This document shows, piece after piece, positions 27,458 through 36,525 of a DNA stretch of 64,000 bases; the stretch's first letter is position 1; the number at the start of each line of letters is the position of its first letter. Both the position numbers and the translations under genes were made by a program. This DNA is from Escherichia coli. Its GTDB lineage: Bacteria; Pseudomonadota; Gammaproteobacteria; Enterobacterales; Enterobacteriaceae. Location of the stretch: the NCBI GenBank assembly GCA_023061495.1, contig GCA_023061495.1_3643.1, one strand, 5' to 3'. Under the pieces are notes generated by a model, which was given only the letters and a program-made list of their open reading frames with translations, did not search any database and was not told the origin of the DNA.

Positions 27458-30055
27458 ATGCGTATTCAACACAACATTGATAACGTATTTCAGATGATTG
27501 AGGGGCACAGGAAGTGCCTCGATAATAACACAGGTATTACCAATCTCCCCACGCAGAACAAACTGGTAAACCAGGATGGGCTTATAGCGTCAGGTTGGTC
27601 AGGGAGCAAGATAAATAATGATTGGGCAATGCATGAGTCCCAAGCTGTGTTGATTCTGGGATACATTGAAGCATACAGGGCATCGAAAAGCGATTTCTAC
27701 TTGGATAGGGCAAAAGCTGCTTGGGAAGCTTACAATAGTCATCTTCTAGGTGCATATGCAGTAGAAAGTAAAATGCAAAGATTGTCCCACTACCCATTAT
27801 CCACAGATGGGGTTCCATCGCATGGCGGGTTTAAAGATGTAGTGGTGTCTTTTACCAATGGTAGAGGAAAAATCCCAGCTGGATCTCCGACATGGGGTGA
27901 ATACCTAGACAAGGCATTCCAAGCGTATAACGGTGTGCTAGGAAGAAACACTGTAGACTCTGATGTTTACGGCGGCACGGATGCTAACCCAAATTGGACA
28001 ACATCTGGATTAAGTTGGTGGGTTGAGTGGTATATAGCATGGGATGGTAACCGCTATTGGGCCAACGGTAGCATAGCCGACAGTGGTCATACGTCTGCAG
28101 AGTTCGGCACAATCCAACTGCAGGATAAGGGTGTTACAGGCAGCCACAAGGTAACCTACTGTGTGAGATTGCCACAAGAGCAGGGTGGATCGGTGATATC
28201 TGCTGGATCCCCTGTAATTGTAAACCCTATAAATGTGGTTGCAGACAATCAAGCCCCAGAGTTGGACGGGGAAGAAATGTGGTGTGACGCTTGTTATCAA
28301 CTCTACACTTTGACAGACGAGGAAAAGTATTACACCGCGTTTAAACAGTCTTACAACAAGTTGCTTAATTTCAGTGATATAAATGCCTACGACAAGTTGT
28401 TTAGAAAGACCACGTTGATTAAGGCACCGTTCACAGATGGTACTTGTCTCGTTGCAGGAACAGTTCCTGTCATGAGTAGGGACAGCGACGGGTATATCAA
28501 TTTTAGAATGAACGCACGCCAGCCTTGCGAAATAATCCAAAAAGGGACTACATACAAGATAGGCAGAGATGCTGAAATTGTTATGAATTTCGGAGGAGAG
28601 GGGGTTCTGTTCCAGCCACATTTCATCCTTAATGATGGCAACAATAACAAAAAACAGTATAGGATAGGGGTCCCTTTTGGAGGGTCAGAGGTAACAGAGA
28701 CAGTTGCCAAGGTTACTGATTTCGTAGAGGTGGTTGGTAAAGACGGTAACCCGTATCTTCTGCCAAAAGAGGAAAACATTGCCGTAAGCGGTGGCGCTAG
28801 TGTTAGTATGCAATATGATACCGACATTTACAACCACTCCGACAACTTCACCCGTTGCAACATAGTAAGAGGCAAAGTAACTTTAAATTTTGGAAGGGAG
28901 ATTTCTTTAAACTCAGTAACTTATCGATCAGATGATGAGATGGTAAGGGTCAAATTTCTTGACAAAGACCGTTGGTTATGGTATGCTGATCTATATGCCA
29001 CTAACGGACAATGGATAACAGAAACTCTTACCCTAGGTGATTTTAAACTAGATCCAACACAACTTCATCACACAGAAGATGAGATTAAACCTTTCTTTGC
29101 CAACCCTAAAGGAATTACCTCTGTAGATTTCAGTCTGAGCGACAGGCAGATAGGCAATGGCTTGTTCGATCTGTATTGCGTCAACACTCTGCCGCAATTT
29201 TATGTTGCAGATAGGGATGCTTATCTGATCTGGTTTAGTGTATGGATGGCAAGCAAGACAGAATCAACCGCTAAGGTTGGTGATTGCTATGTCAGAAACT
29301 ACAAGCAAGGTGCCTACAGGCACACCCCAGGTGTGTTCCCTGCCGGAAAGGTGATAGACAAGGAAAATTATCTCTTAGAGGAAAGGCCAAATTGGCCCTA
29401 TCCCGGAATGCAATATCCGGTAGTCTACTGTATGGGTGCGGAAAACATAGATCGTCAAAGATTGGCAAATACAATTGGATTTATGTACGACTCCCAAGTT
29501 TGGTATAATAACACATTTAAAACAGAAGGACCAGTTGCATCCCGCTACGTATGGCAGCGAGGTAATGAGGGGTTGACTGGTTGGTGGGAGATGGTAGATA
29601 ACTCTAAACTCCAATCAAGAGCCTTTGTTGCTGCGTGCCGCACACTATATGAGCTTAAGAAACATAAAGAACCTGTTGATGAAAGACTGTTCCTGTTCTG
29701 CCAGAAATGGGCATGGTTCCTCAACAGATTCCAGTCATCTCATTCCGGAAATCTACCTACAGACTTTAACACCTCTGGTGGATATTCTTATCAAGACAGA
29801 GGGGACAGGATGTGGGTGGTAGGTGAATGGCTTGCAGGTTGCTGCTGGCTAGGTCTGTGCGGGTATTCAGAGACAATACCTCAAATAGATATTGTTGTAG
29901 AAGCCTGTGTGAAGTTACTGCAAAAGCACCACTTCATTAACGGGGATAATGTTTTAAACGGCTGCTGGGCAGTTTCTGATCCGGTAGGCTATCACTCTGG
30001 CGAAATCCTTCGCGGTCTGGGACTTTATGCCCAATACCGTGGATTGTACCTTTAA
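27458..30055 (+). CDS. large tail spike/fibre-associated protein (possible enzymatic tailspike)
   Basis: 865 aa, globular Trp/Tyr-rich sequence; start overlaps the stop of the anchor-domain gene. Confidence 0.4.
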   Translation: MRIQHNIDNVFQMIEGHRKCLDNNTGITNLPTQNKLVNQDGLIASGWSGSKINNDWAMHESQAVLILGYIEAYRASKSDFYLDRAKAAWEAYNSHLLGAYAVESKMQRLSHYPLSTDGVPSHGGFKDVVVSFTNGRGKIPAGSPTWGEYLDKAFQAYNGVLGRNTVDSDVYGGTDANPNWTTSGLSWWVEWYIAWDGNRYWANGSIADSGHTSAEFGTIQLQDKGVTGSHKVTYCVRLPQEQGGSVISAGSPVIVNPINVVADNQAPELDGEEMWCDACYQLYTLTDEEKYYTAFKQSYNKLLNFSDINAYDKLFRKTTLIKAPFTDGTCLVAGTVPVMSRDSDGYINFRMNARQPCEIIQKGTTYKIGRDAEIVMNFGGEGVLFQPHFILNDGNNNKKQYRIGVPFGGSEVTETVAKVTDFVEVVGKDGNPYLLPKEENIAVSGGASVSMQYDTDIYNHSDNFTRCNIVRGKVTLNFGREISLNSVTYRSDDEMVRVKFLDKDRWLWYADLYATNGQWITETLTLGDFKLDPTQLHHTEDEIKPFFANPKGITSVDFSLSDRQIGNGLFDLYCVNTLPQFYVADRDAYLIWFSVWMASKTESTAKVGDCYVRNYKQGAYRHTPGVFPAGKVIDKENYLLEERPNWPYPGMQYPVVYCMGAENIDRQRLANTIGFMYDSQVWYNNTFKTEGPVASRYVWQRGNEGLTGWWEMVDNSKLQSRAFVAACRTLYELKKHKEPVDERLFLFCQKWAWFLNRFQSSHSGNLPTDFNTSGGYSYQDRGDRMWVVGEWLAGCCWLGLCGYSETIPQIDIVVEACVKLLQKHHFINGDNVLNGCWAVSDPVGYHSGEILRGLGLYAQYRGLYL

Positions 30056-30090
30056 CATAGGGGGCTGTTTGCCCCCTTTCAGGAGAAAGA

Positions 30091-33000
30091 ATGGCTGATA
30101 TTAAAGTTGTCAGAATTGAATCTCTTCCTGCCACTACCGCAGTGACAGAGGATGATTACCTGGTTGTTCAACAACCAGACCTGACCCGTCGTGTAAAAAT
30201 TGGCGATGTTGTCCATGTGGATGGGACTGTTTCTCATGTAATCTCCTTTAAGGAAGGTGGTAAGTTAAACGGCCCAATGGATTTTGCCTACTTCGAAGAG
30301 GAAGACCTCTACCTGCGTTGGAAAGGCGAATTTCCGCACACTGTTCCTGCACTGTCTTCACCTTACGCTGATGGTGGGATTACCGATGCTGCATGGATGG
30401 TATATACAGATCCGTCCTTAAGGGAGGAGCTGGAATCTACCATTGGTGCATCTATGATCATGACAGCCGAAGGGCAGTCTGTCCAGGATGTAATGGATGT
30501 TACGGTTCAGACAGCCAACGATGCTAAAGCGCTTGCACAGCGGGTAGATTTTGGTACAGTGCATACTGTAGGCGATGTCATTCACCTTGTCAACTTTGTT
30601 GGTCCTGCAGTTATTGAAGAGGGAAGAACCACTAACTACCCTTCTGAAGCAGCTGGTGAAAAATTTCTGAACGGTGTGGTATCTCGTCGTGATACTACAA
30701 CTGTTGATGGTATTTTCCGTGGCGCTACCTCAGGAGCCATGTATACCATTGCAGTAACCAACGGTGTAGCAACAACAAAAAGAATAGCACTTCGTGATGA
30801 ATTTAAACGCCTGGAGGCAAACAATCCAACAAGAACAGTTATCCGTGCTGGAGATGATTTAAACACAGCAGGGTACTTGCAGCTTGATGCAACAGGCCGT
30901 TGGGGTATGTGGAACCAGCAAACAGCCTCGTGGCAACCTCTTGCTATAGAGCAAGGCGGTACAGGAGCCAGAGATGCCGCTGGAGTCCGTATCAATATCG
31001 GTGCTTTCTATAAGCAACGTGCAGCCCTTGAGGCAAATTTTAATATCAATAACTTGACTGGTAATCAGGACGGCATATACTATCAGCCGATGACTGCTAA
31101 TGCAACTGAGGCAAATGGTTACCCTGCAGGTTCTGGTGCTGGTCACTTGATTGTTTGGCAGAACAATGCTAACGGCGGTACAGGTTGTCGTCAGGAATAC
31201 TATCCATTCTCTAACGTGGATGTTTGGTATTTGAGAACCTATCAGGCTAACACAAACCAGTGGACTGCATGGCAGCCGATGGTCAGACCTCGGAATGATG
31301 ACACCTTCAGATCTCATATCGGCCTTGGTAAAAACAACTCTCCTGCTTTCGGGCACCTTTACTTAGCGCAATACTCAGGAGATGTTAAATCTGCTTCAGG
31401 TATTCTCCATGGAGATAAATATAACACTGATGGTGTTCTAGAGCATGGCTATAGGATCTACTCCGAGGTAAGAAACGACAATAAGGCGTGGTTAACAATC
31501 CACCTGCACAAAGGCGCAAAAGGATCTGAAACTCATAGATATTTAGGCTTCCGTGAGGATGGGGTCTTAGATTGTCCTAAATATATGCAGGTTGGTGATC
31601 TGAACGGTCAGCTGGCAAACTGGGGACTTGGAGAATGGATTCGTAGTTCAGGGGCAGAAAGAGGATTCTGGGGTTCCAAGAAAGCCGCCAAGATGGTAGT
31701 CTGGGATGGAGGGATGGACGAGTCCGGTAATGGTACTCTGGAATGGGGTGTTTATAACAACCGGAAGGCCAAGTGGGAACCTTTACCTCAGGCCGCAGGT
31801 GGCACTGGAGCTACAACTTTAGCAGATGCTCAGAATCTGTTCAAAGTTCCTGTAGCGGCAGGCGTAAAAGATTTCTTAACACTGCCAAGAACTGCAGGAA
31901 TGGAAGATGGGAAATACTACCCAATCATCGTTAGAACAGATCCATACTATGCGCCCACAACTGGTACTGATATTACTATAGTTACCAGATCGTCATCTGG
32001 CAGTGACCCTATGAACTGTGCGACCTTACAGTGTCACTATAGAACTGGTGGGTGGACAGACAGAGGGGATTCTTTCCAAGGGGTTATTAATTTCTACCAA
32101 AACGAGAAAGCAATTCTTGGATGTGTATCCCCAACCAGAGGAAAGCAGGAGTATGTTGCATTCTATGTTGAGTCGCGTGCTTTCCCTGTCAGTGTCTACA
32201 CAAGCAGAAACGTTCTTGAGGTATTTACCAGAGAAAATGACTGGCAGGTAGGAAATGTTACTAATAACCAAGATGGTGTCAAGTTTTGCGCCCCTCTTGC
32301 GTCGGATAATTTAAGCCTTGCAATTAAAGGTGATGATGTAACAAACACTAGGATTCTTGCGGAGTTCAAGGGAACACCTGGGTTCTATACAGGCGGTAGT
32401 ACAGATCGGCACTATATAGGCACACCTGACCGAATGGTTCTGATGAGTAAGACAGAAATGCCCCCTGTAGAGATGTGGTACAACGGTCTTAACTACATTT
32501 GCCCGGGTAGCCAAACCACTAGAAAAGCACTGTTCTCTAACGCAGGGTTCCAAGCTGCATCGGAAGGAACAGGGGATCTGATCAACAATACCTTTACCTC
32601 TAAATGCGGTAATGGCGCAAGACTGCAAGGACAGGCAGAGTTCAGATCTACTCCAGAGGCTGGTCAAGTTATTGTTCGTGATGTTGTAGGTTCTGCTCAC
32701 AGATTCTACAACTTCAACAAAGATGGCACTTTCTCAGCTCCTGGTGGTTTTGTATGCCACACTGGTGCAGACTGGAACAACCAGTTTGGGCCTAATAACC
32801 CGTCCAAAATACTGGCTGGTAACGTCAACGGGCCTGAAGGTTCAATGGTTGTTGGCGGGTTGTCTGTGGCGTTTTCTGGAAACTATGCTTTCCAGATGGC
32901 AGGTAGTTTAGATCAGCTGTACACCCGTTCCATAGAGCGGGGTAACCACAGAGCGTGGAACAAAGTTATTCAGCACCGTGGTCAAGGGTTGGGGACTAGT

Positions 33001-34527
33001 GACCTTAACGATTACAAAGCGGATCGCGAAGGTATTTACCATCAAGAGGCAAATGCCAACGCCACAGCGGAAAGACACTACCCACCAGGGAAGCAGATGG
33101 CTGGTACGCTGATCGTGCTTAGAAACTCTGCCAACGAAGGTACAGGTTGTGTCCAGATATATAAAATGTATCTTGGGGGAACGTGGGAAAGGTACTATAA
33201 TAACACTGGCAGCGGAATGAACTGGAGCCCTTGGAAGAGAACGAGCTTCCCAGAAAGTACAACTGCCCCAGTCATGCCTGACCTGTGGTTGCCTTTAACC
33301 TCTAATCTAAAACCTGTACTAGGTGAAGGTGAGATGGTGTTCTCCAGACCTTCTACAGCAACATATTTCACTAAGCGCGGTGTCATGGCTGTTGCACAGG
33401 CAAACCAACCACGTTTCGAAAGAGATGGTCTGCTCATTGAAGGTCAAAGGACAAATCTGATGCTTAACAGTGAAGACCCGAGCAAATGGGGAGCCCAGTC
33501 ACAGATTACGGTCGGCAACACTGTAACAAACACCAACGGCACAAAAGGTGCAAGATTTACAGTAAGCAACGTATCCGGTGTAGAAACAACGGCGTTAAAC
33601 CTGGCTACAGTTCCAGCCACCCGAGGTGCAGATGTAACAGGTGCTGAGAAATTTTGTACTGGATCTATTATTGCAAGAGGTGGTAAAGCTCACCAGAGAC
33701 TGCGTGTAAGATTCGACATGTATAACGGATCCACCACAGTATTCCAGGGTGATGCCTATGTTAACCTGTCAACACTTGAAGTTAAAACAACAGGTGGTGC
33801 AGCTGGGAGAATTAAAGTAAAAGCTGAGAGATGGCAAACAGCCGGACCTGCTTGGATAAGGGTTGTTGCTACGTTTGAGGCAGTGGCCTCTGACATGAAT
33901 ATTGGGTGCCAGTTCCAGATTGCCCCGCCGGAGGGTTCTCAACACGCCGCAGGGGATTGGATTGACGTCGCAATACCTCAGTTTGAGTTAGGATCTTGTG
34001 AGTCCTCGTTTATCCCTACAGGGTCTTCACCAGTGACTAGGGCAGCAGACCTTTGTAAATTCCCAATGACTGATAATTTAGCACCTAGACCGTTCACCAT
34101 CGCCGCTACTGTGGATGCCAACTGGAGAGGTTGGGGAAAAGCTCCTAACGCAGCTCCTAGGGTTATTGATACAGAGGGTCGCGCTGCATTTATCATGGGG
34201 TTTGGCTCTGCAGCGAATATTGCAGAAGATGGTTATCCATATTGCGATATTGGTGGTTCAAACAGACGTGTTTATGAGATGGCTAAAGCACGTAAGTTGA
34301 AGATGGGGTTCAGGATAAAAGAAGATGGTAAAACCTGCTCTTTTGCCAACGGTCTGGTGAGCACGGAAACACAATCTTCTTGGGAATTCCTGGCAGGAGG
34401 CGCTCTCATCCGTCTCGGCGGTCAAACAGCGACAGGAGAAAGACATTTGTTTGGTCATATTAAAGATGTAAGAGTTTGGAACTCTGCATTGACCGATACC
34501 CAGCTTATGATGGAGAGTGTTGAATAA
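30091..34527 (+). CDS. long tail fibre protein with internal repeats
   Basis: 1478 aa; N-terminal anchor domain shared with 26788; internal repeated modules (NNANGGTGCRQEYYPF and NSANEGTGCVQIYKMY; QGGTGAR and AAGGTGAT). Confidence 0.6.
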   Translation: MADIKVVRIESLPATTAVTEDDYLVVQQPDLTRRVKIGDVVHVDGTVSHVISFKEGGKLNGPMDFAYFEEEDLYLRWKGEFPHTVPALSSPYADGGITDAAWMVYTDPSLREELESTIGASMIMTAEGQSVQDVMDVTVQTANDAKALAQRVDFGTVHTVGDVIHLVNFVGPAVIEEGRTTNYPSEAAGEKFLNGVVSRRDTTTVDGIFRGATSGAMYTIAVTNGVATTKRIALRDEFKRLEANNPTRTVIRAGDDLNTAGYLQLDATGRWGMWNQQTASWQPLAIEQGGTGARDAAGVRINIGAFYKQRAALEANFNINNLTGNQDGIYYQPMTANATEANGYPAGSGAGHLIVWQNNANGGTGCRQEYYPFSNVDVWYLRTYQANTNQWTAWQPMVRPRNDDTFRSHIGLGKNNSPAFGHLYLAQYSGDVKSASGILHGDKYNTDGVLEHGYRIYSEVRNDNKAWLTIHLHKGAKGSETHRYLGFREDGVLDCPKYMQVGDLNGQLANWGLGEWIRSSGAERGFWGSKKAAKMVVWDGGMDESGNGTLEWGVYNNRKAKWEPLPQAAGGTGATTLADAQNLFKVPVAAGVKDFLTLPRTAGMEDGKYYPIIVRTDPYYAPTTGTDITIVTRSSSGSDPMNCATLQCHYRTGGWTDRGDSFQGVINFYQNEKAILGCVSPTRGKQEYVAFYVESRAFPVSVYTSRNVLEVFTRENDWQVGNVTNNQDGVKFCAPLASDNLSLAIKGDDVTNTRILAEFKGTPGFYTGGSTDRHYIGTPDRMVLMSKTEMPPVEMWYNGLNYICPGSQTTRKALFSNAGFQAASEGTGDLINNTFTSKCGNGARLQGQAEFRSTPEAGQVIVRDVVGSAHRFYNFNKDGTFSAPGGFVCHTGADWNNQFGPNNPSKILAGNVNGPEGSMVVGGLSVAFSGNYAFQMAGSLDQLYTRSIERGNHRAWNKVIQHRGQGLGTSDLNDYKADREGIYHQEANANATAERHYPPGKQMAGTLIVLRNSANEGTGCVQIYKMYLGGTWERYYNNTGSGMNWSPWKRTSFPESTTAPVMPDLWLPLTSNLKPVLGEGEMVFSRPSTATYFTKRGVMAVAQANQPRFERDGLLIEGQRTNLMLNSEDPSKWGAQSQITVGNTVTNTNGTKGARFTVSNVSGVETTALNLATVPATRGADVTGAEKFCTGSIIARGGKAHQRLRVRFDMYNGSTTVFQGDAYVNLSTLEVKTTGGAAGRIKVKAERWQTAGPAWIRVVATFEAVASDMNIGCQFQIAPPEGSQHAAGDWIDVAIPQFELGSCESSFIPTGSSPVTRAADLCKFPMTDNLAPRPFTIAATVDANWRGWGKAPNAAPRVIDTEGRAAFIMGFGSAANIAEDGYPYCDIGGSNRRVYEMAKARKLKMGFRIKEDGKTCSFANGLVSTETQSSWEFLAGGALIRLGGQTATGERHLFGHIKDVRVWNSALTDTQLMMESVE

Positions 34528-34859
34528 TGAATACTTTTACCCTTGGGTTTACTGGTAGGGAGGATTTTAACGGTTTCATGGACGAAATCGGCTTTTACGA
34601 GAACGAGGTGTTGCAAAACACCCTTCTTGTAGAGGTTGTCGGGTTTATTTACACAGAAACTGAAGACACTTATGAGGCCGAGGACGAGTTTGGCAACATG
34701 GTTGTCTACCCAGTTTGCGAGAAAAGTAAATTGTTTTATGTCAACGTTCTGGCTCTAGACGAGGATGCAGAAAACATCGTCTCGAAAAGCGGAAAAGTTG
34801 TAGATCCGATAAGGTTGAACATGTTCGACCAATCAGTATCTACCTTGGAAGCACTTTAA
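34527..34859 (+). CDS. small acidic protein after the fibre (possible fibre chaperone)
   Basis: 110 aa, start overlaps the fibre stop; followed by a strong terminator. Confidence 0.3.
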   Translation: MNTFTLGFTGREDFNGFMDEIGFYENEVLQNTLLVEVVGFIYTETEDTYEAEDEFGNMVVYPVCEKSKLFYVNVLALDEDAENIVSKSGKVVDPIRLNMFDQSVSTLEAL

Positions 34860-34865
34860 AGTATT

Positions 34866-34896
34866 GCCCTCGCTTCGGCGGGGGCTTTTTGTTTGT
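34866..34896 (+). terminator. rho-independent terminator
   Basis: ccctcgc-ttcg-gcggggg stem followed by CTTTTTGTTT. Confidence 0.75.
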
Positions 34897-34956
34897 ATTG
34901 CGTATTAACTTAAAATCTGGTAAAATAACTATCATAATTGTTAACCGGGAGGCACA

Positions 34957-35547
34957 ATGTTTTTATGGGAAAGGCCTAGATACCTTCCAGATATTAGACT
35001 GGAGCTACTGGCAGACATCGTTACATTTAAAAGCCCGTTTACAGGTAAGACGCAAAAAGTCACCTATGCCACGCCTAACTGGAAAGGCACTTTGACGGTT
35101 TCCAATATCAGCGAGTCTCAGTTGTTGGAGCTTAAAAGTTTTGTTGATCAGGTTTACAAAGATGGAAATATTTTTCTTATCAAGGCTTATGGGCATTCAG
35201 TGACCTCCAACGAGCCAATCGCTCTTGGACCAACTGGTAACGACGATTTTTTGAAGACGGTTGGTTGGGAGCCTAACAGGGATATAGCCAGAGCTGGGGA
35301 TAAAATATCTGTCAATGATGAGTTGAAAGTGGTGACAGCCTCAGTACGAAGTGATGGTGTTGGGGCCGCTGTTATAAACATATCCCCAAGACTTAGGAAA
35401 CCTATTGCCGCAGGGGATACCATGAAAATAATAACTCAATCTCCGAAGGGTAGATTTCATATCCGAGATCTTTATAAAATTAAGCAAAAGGTTGATGCTA
35501 TGCAGAAAGGTGATAATATAGTTATCAACTTCTTTGAGGATTTCTAA
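34957..35547 (+). CDS. minor tail protein, lambda M-like (tentative)
   Basis: TQKVTYATPNWKGTLTVSNISESQLLELKSFVDQVYKDGN resembles the lambda gpM core as I remember it; first of a run ending in the J-like gene. Confidence 0.4.
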   Translation: MFLWERPRYLPDIRLELLADIVTFKSPFTGKTQKVTYATPNWKGTLTVSNISESQLLELKSFVDQVYKDGNIFLIKAYGHSVTSNEPIALGPTGNDDFLKTVGWEPNRDIARAGDKISVNDELKVVTASVRSDGVGAAVINISPRLRKPIAAGDTMKIITQSPKGRFHIRDLYKIKQKVDAMQKGDNIVINFFEDF

Positions 35548-36100
35548 GATGATAAGAGCGCCATTAGATAATTTATTTCTTGAAAAGCTAGAGCTTGATG
35601 GTGTTGAGATCTTAATTGCTGCAAAGCTAGAGCTGCCAACAGGGACTGTCAGGGTGTGCTCAGGAACTGGTGTTGTGGTTATTGAGGGGCAACATTTTAT
35701 AGGGATAGGTGGATCAGCAACATTGACTGCTGTGTCTGAGAAAGATGCCACCAACTTCGGATCTGTGGTAGCAACATTGAACGGGTTTGATCCTAAATAT
35801 GTTGGCGATCTACTGAAGACGGAGTACTCTGGTTGCCGTGCCACGTTATATATCACCGCTATGGAGAATGGTTTACCTGTCACAACTAATGGCTTGTTTG
35901 ACGGCCTTATAACAGACATGGCTATTCAGACAGGGGAGAATAGTGCTCTGTCCATATCCATCTCTTCCATCTTCAACAGCTGGTTAAGAGGTTTTCCTTA
36001 TCGATACACAGAGGAAAGCCATAGCTCAAGAAACGATAACGACAGATTTTTTAAATATGTGGATCAGGTGGCGAGCCGCCCGATCATTTGGGAGGTTTAA
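35534..36100 (+). CDS. minor tail protein (L-like position)
   Basis: 188-aa ORF overlapping its neighbours; no motif recognised. Confidence 0.3.
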   Translation: MRISKMIRAPLDNLFLEKLELDGVEILIAAKLELPTGTVRVCSGTGVVVIEGQHFIGIGGSATLTAVSEKDATNFGSVVATLNGFDPKYVGDLLKTEYSGCRATLYITAMENGLPVTTNGLFDGLITDMAIQTGENSALSISISSIFNSWLRGFPYRYTEESHSSRNDNDRFFKYVDQVASRPIIWEV

Positions 36101-36525
36101 TGAGCACACATCCTCGTTTAGTAGACTGGCAAGAAAGGTTGTGGAAAGTATTTGACGAAGAAGCCACCGTCCCGTTTGAATGGGGATTCCACGATTGTTG
36201 CACTTTTGCTGCTAAGTGTGTTGATGCCCAATACGGAACAGATTTTCTTTCTAACTTTGAAGGAACGTATAAAACAGAGTTGGAAAGCAAGAGATGGTGC
36301 ATGCTTCGTTTCAAAACCACACACCTACCTACTGTTTTTGATCTCTTTTTGACTCGACTGGATACTCCTAAACAGGTCCAGCGTGGTGATATTGTTATTT
36401 TCGAAGGTCTGAACGGCCTCACCGCTGGTGTGTTTTGGAACAACCAGATTTGGGCGAAAGGTGATAAAGGGATCTTTACGTTCGATATGAAAGATTCTAT
36501 CGTTGTTGATGTCTGGAGGTATTAA
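36088..36525 (+). CDS. tail assembly protein with NlpC/P60-like Cys motif (lambda gpK C-terminal-like)
   Basis: EWGFHDCCTFAAKCV and VQRGDIVIFEG compare with the HGVTDCYTLFRDAY and AQPGDVLLC segments of lambda K as remembered. Confidence 0.5.
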   Translation: MGGLMSTHPRLVDWQERLWKVFDEEATVPFEWGFHDCCTFAAKCVDAQYGTDFLSNFEGTYKTELESKRWCMLRFKTTHLPTVFDLFLTRLDTPKQVQRGDIVIFEGLNGLTAGVFWNNQIWAKGDKGIFTFDMKDSIVVDVWRY

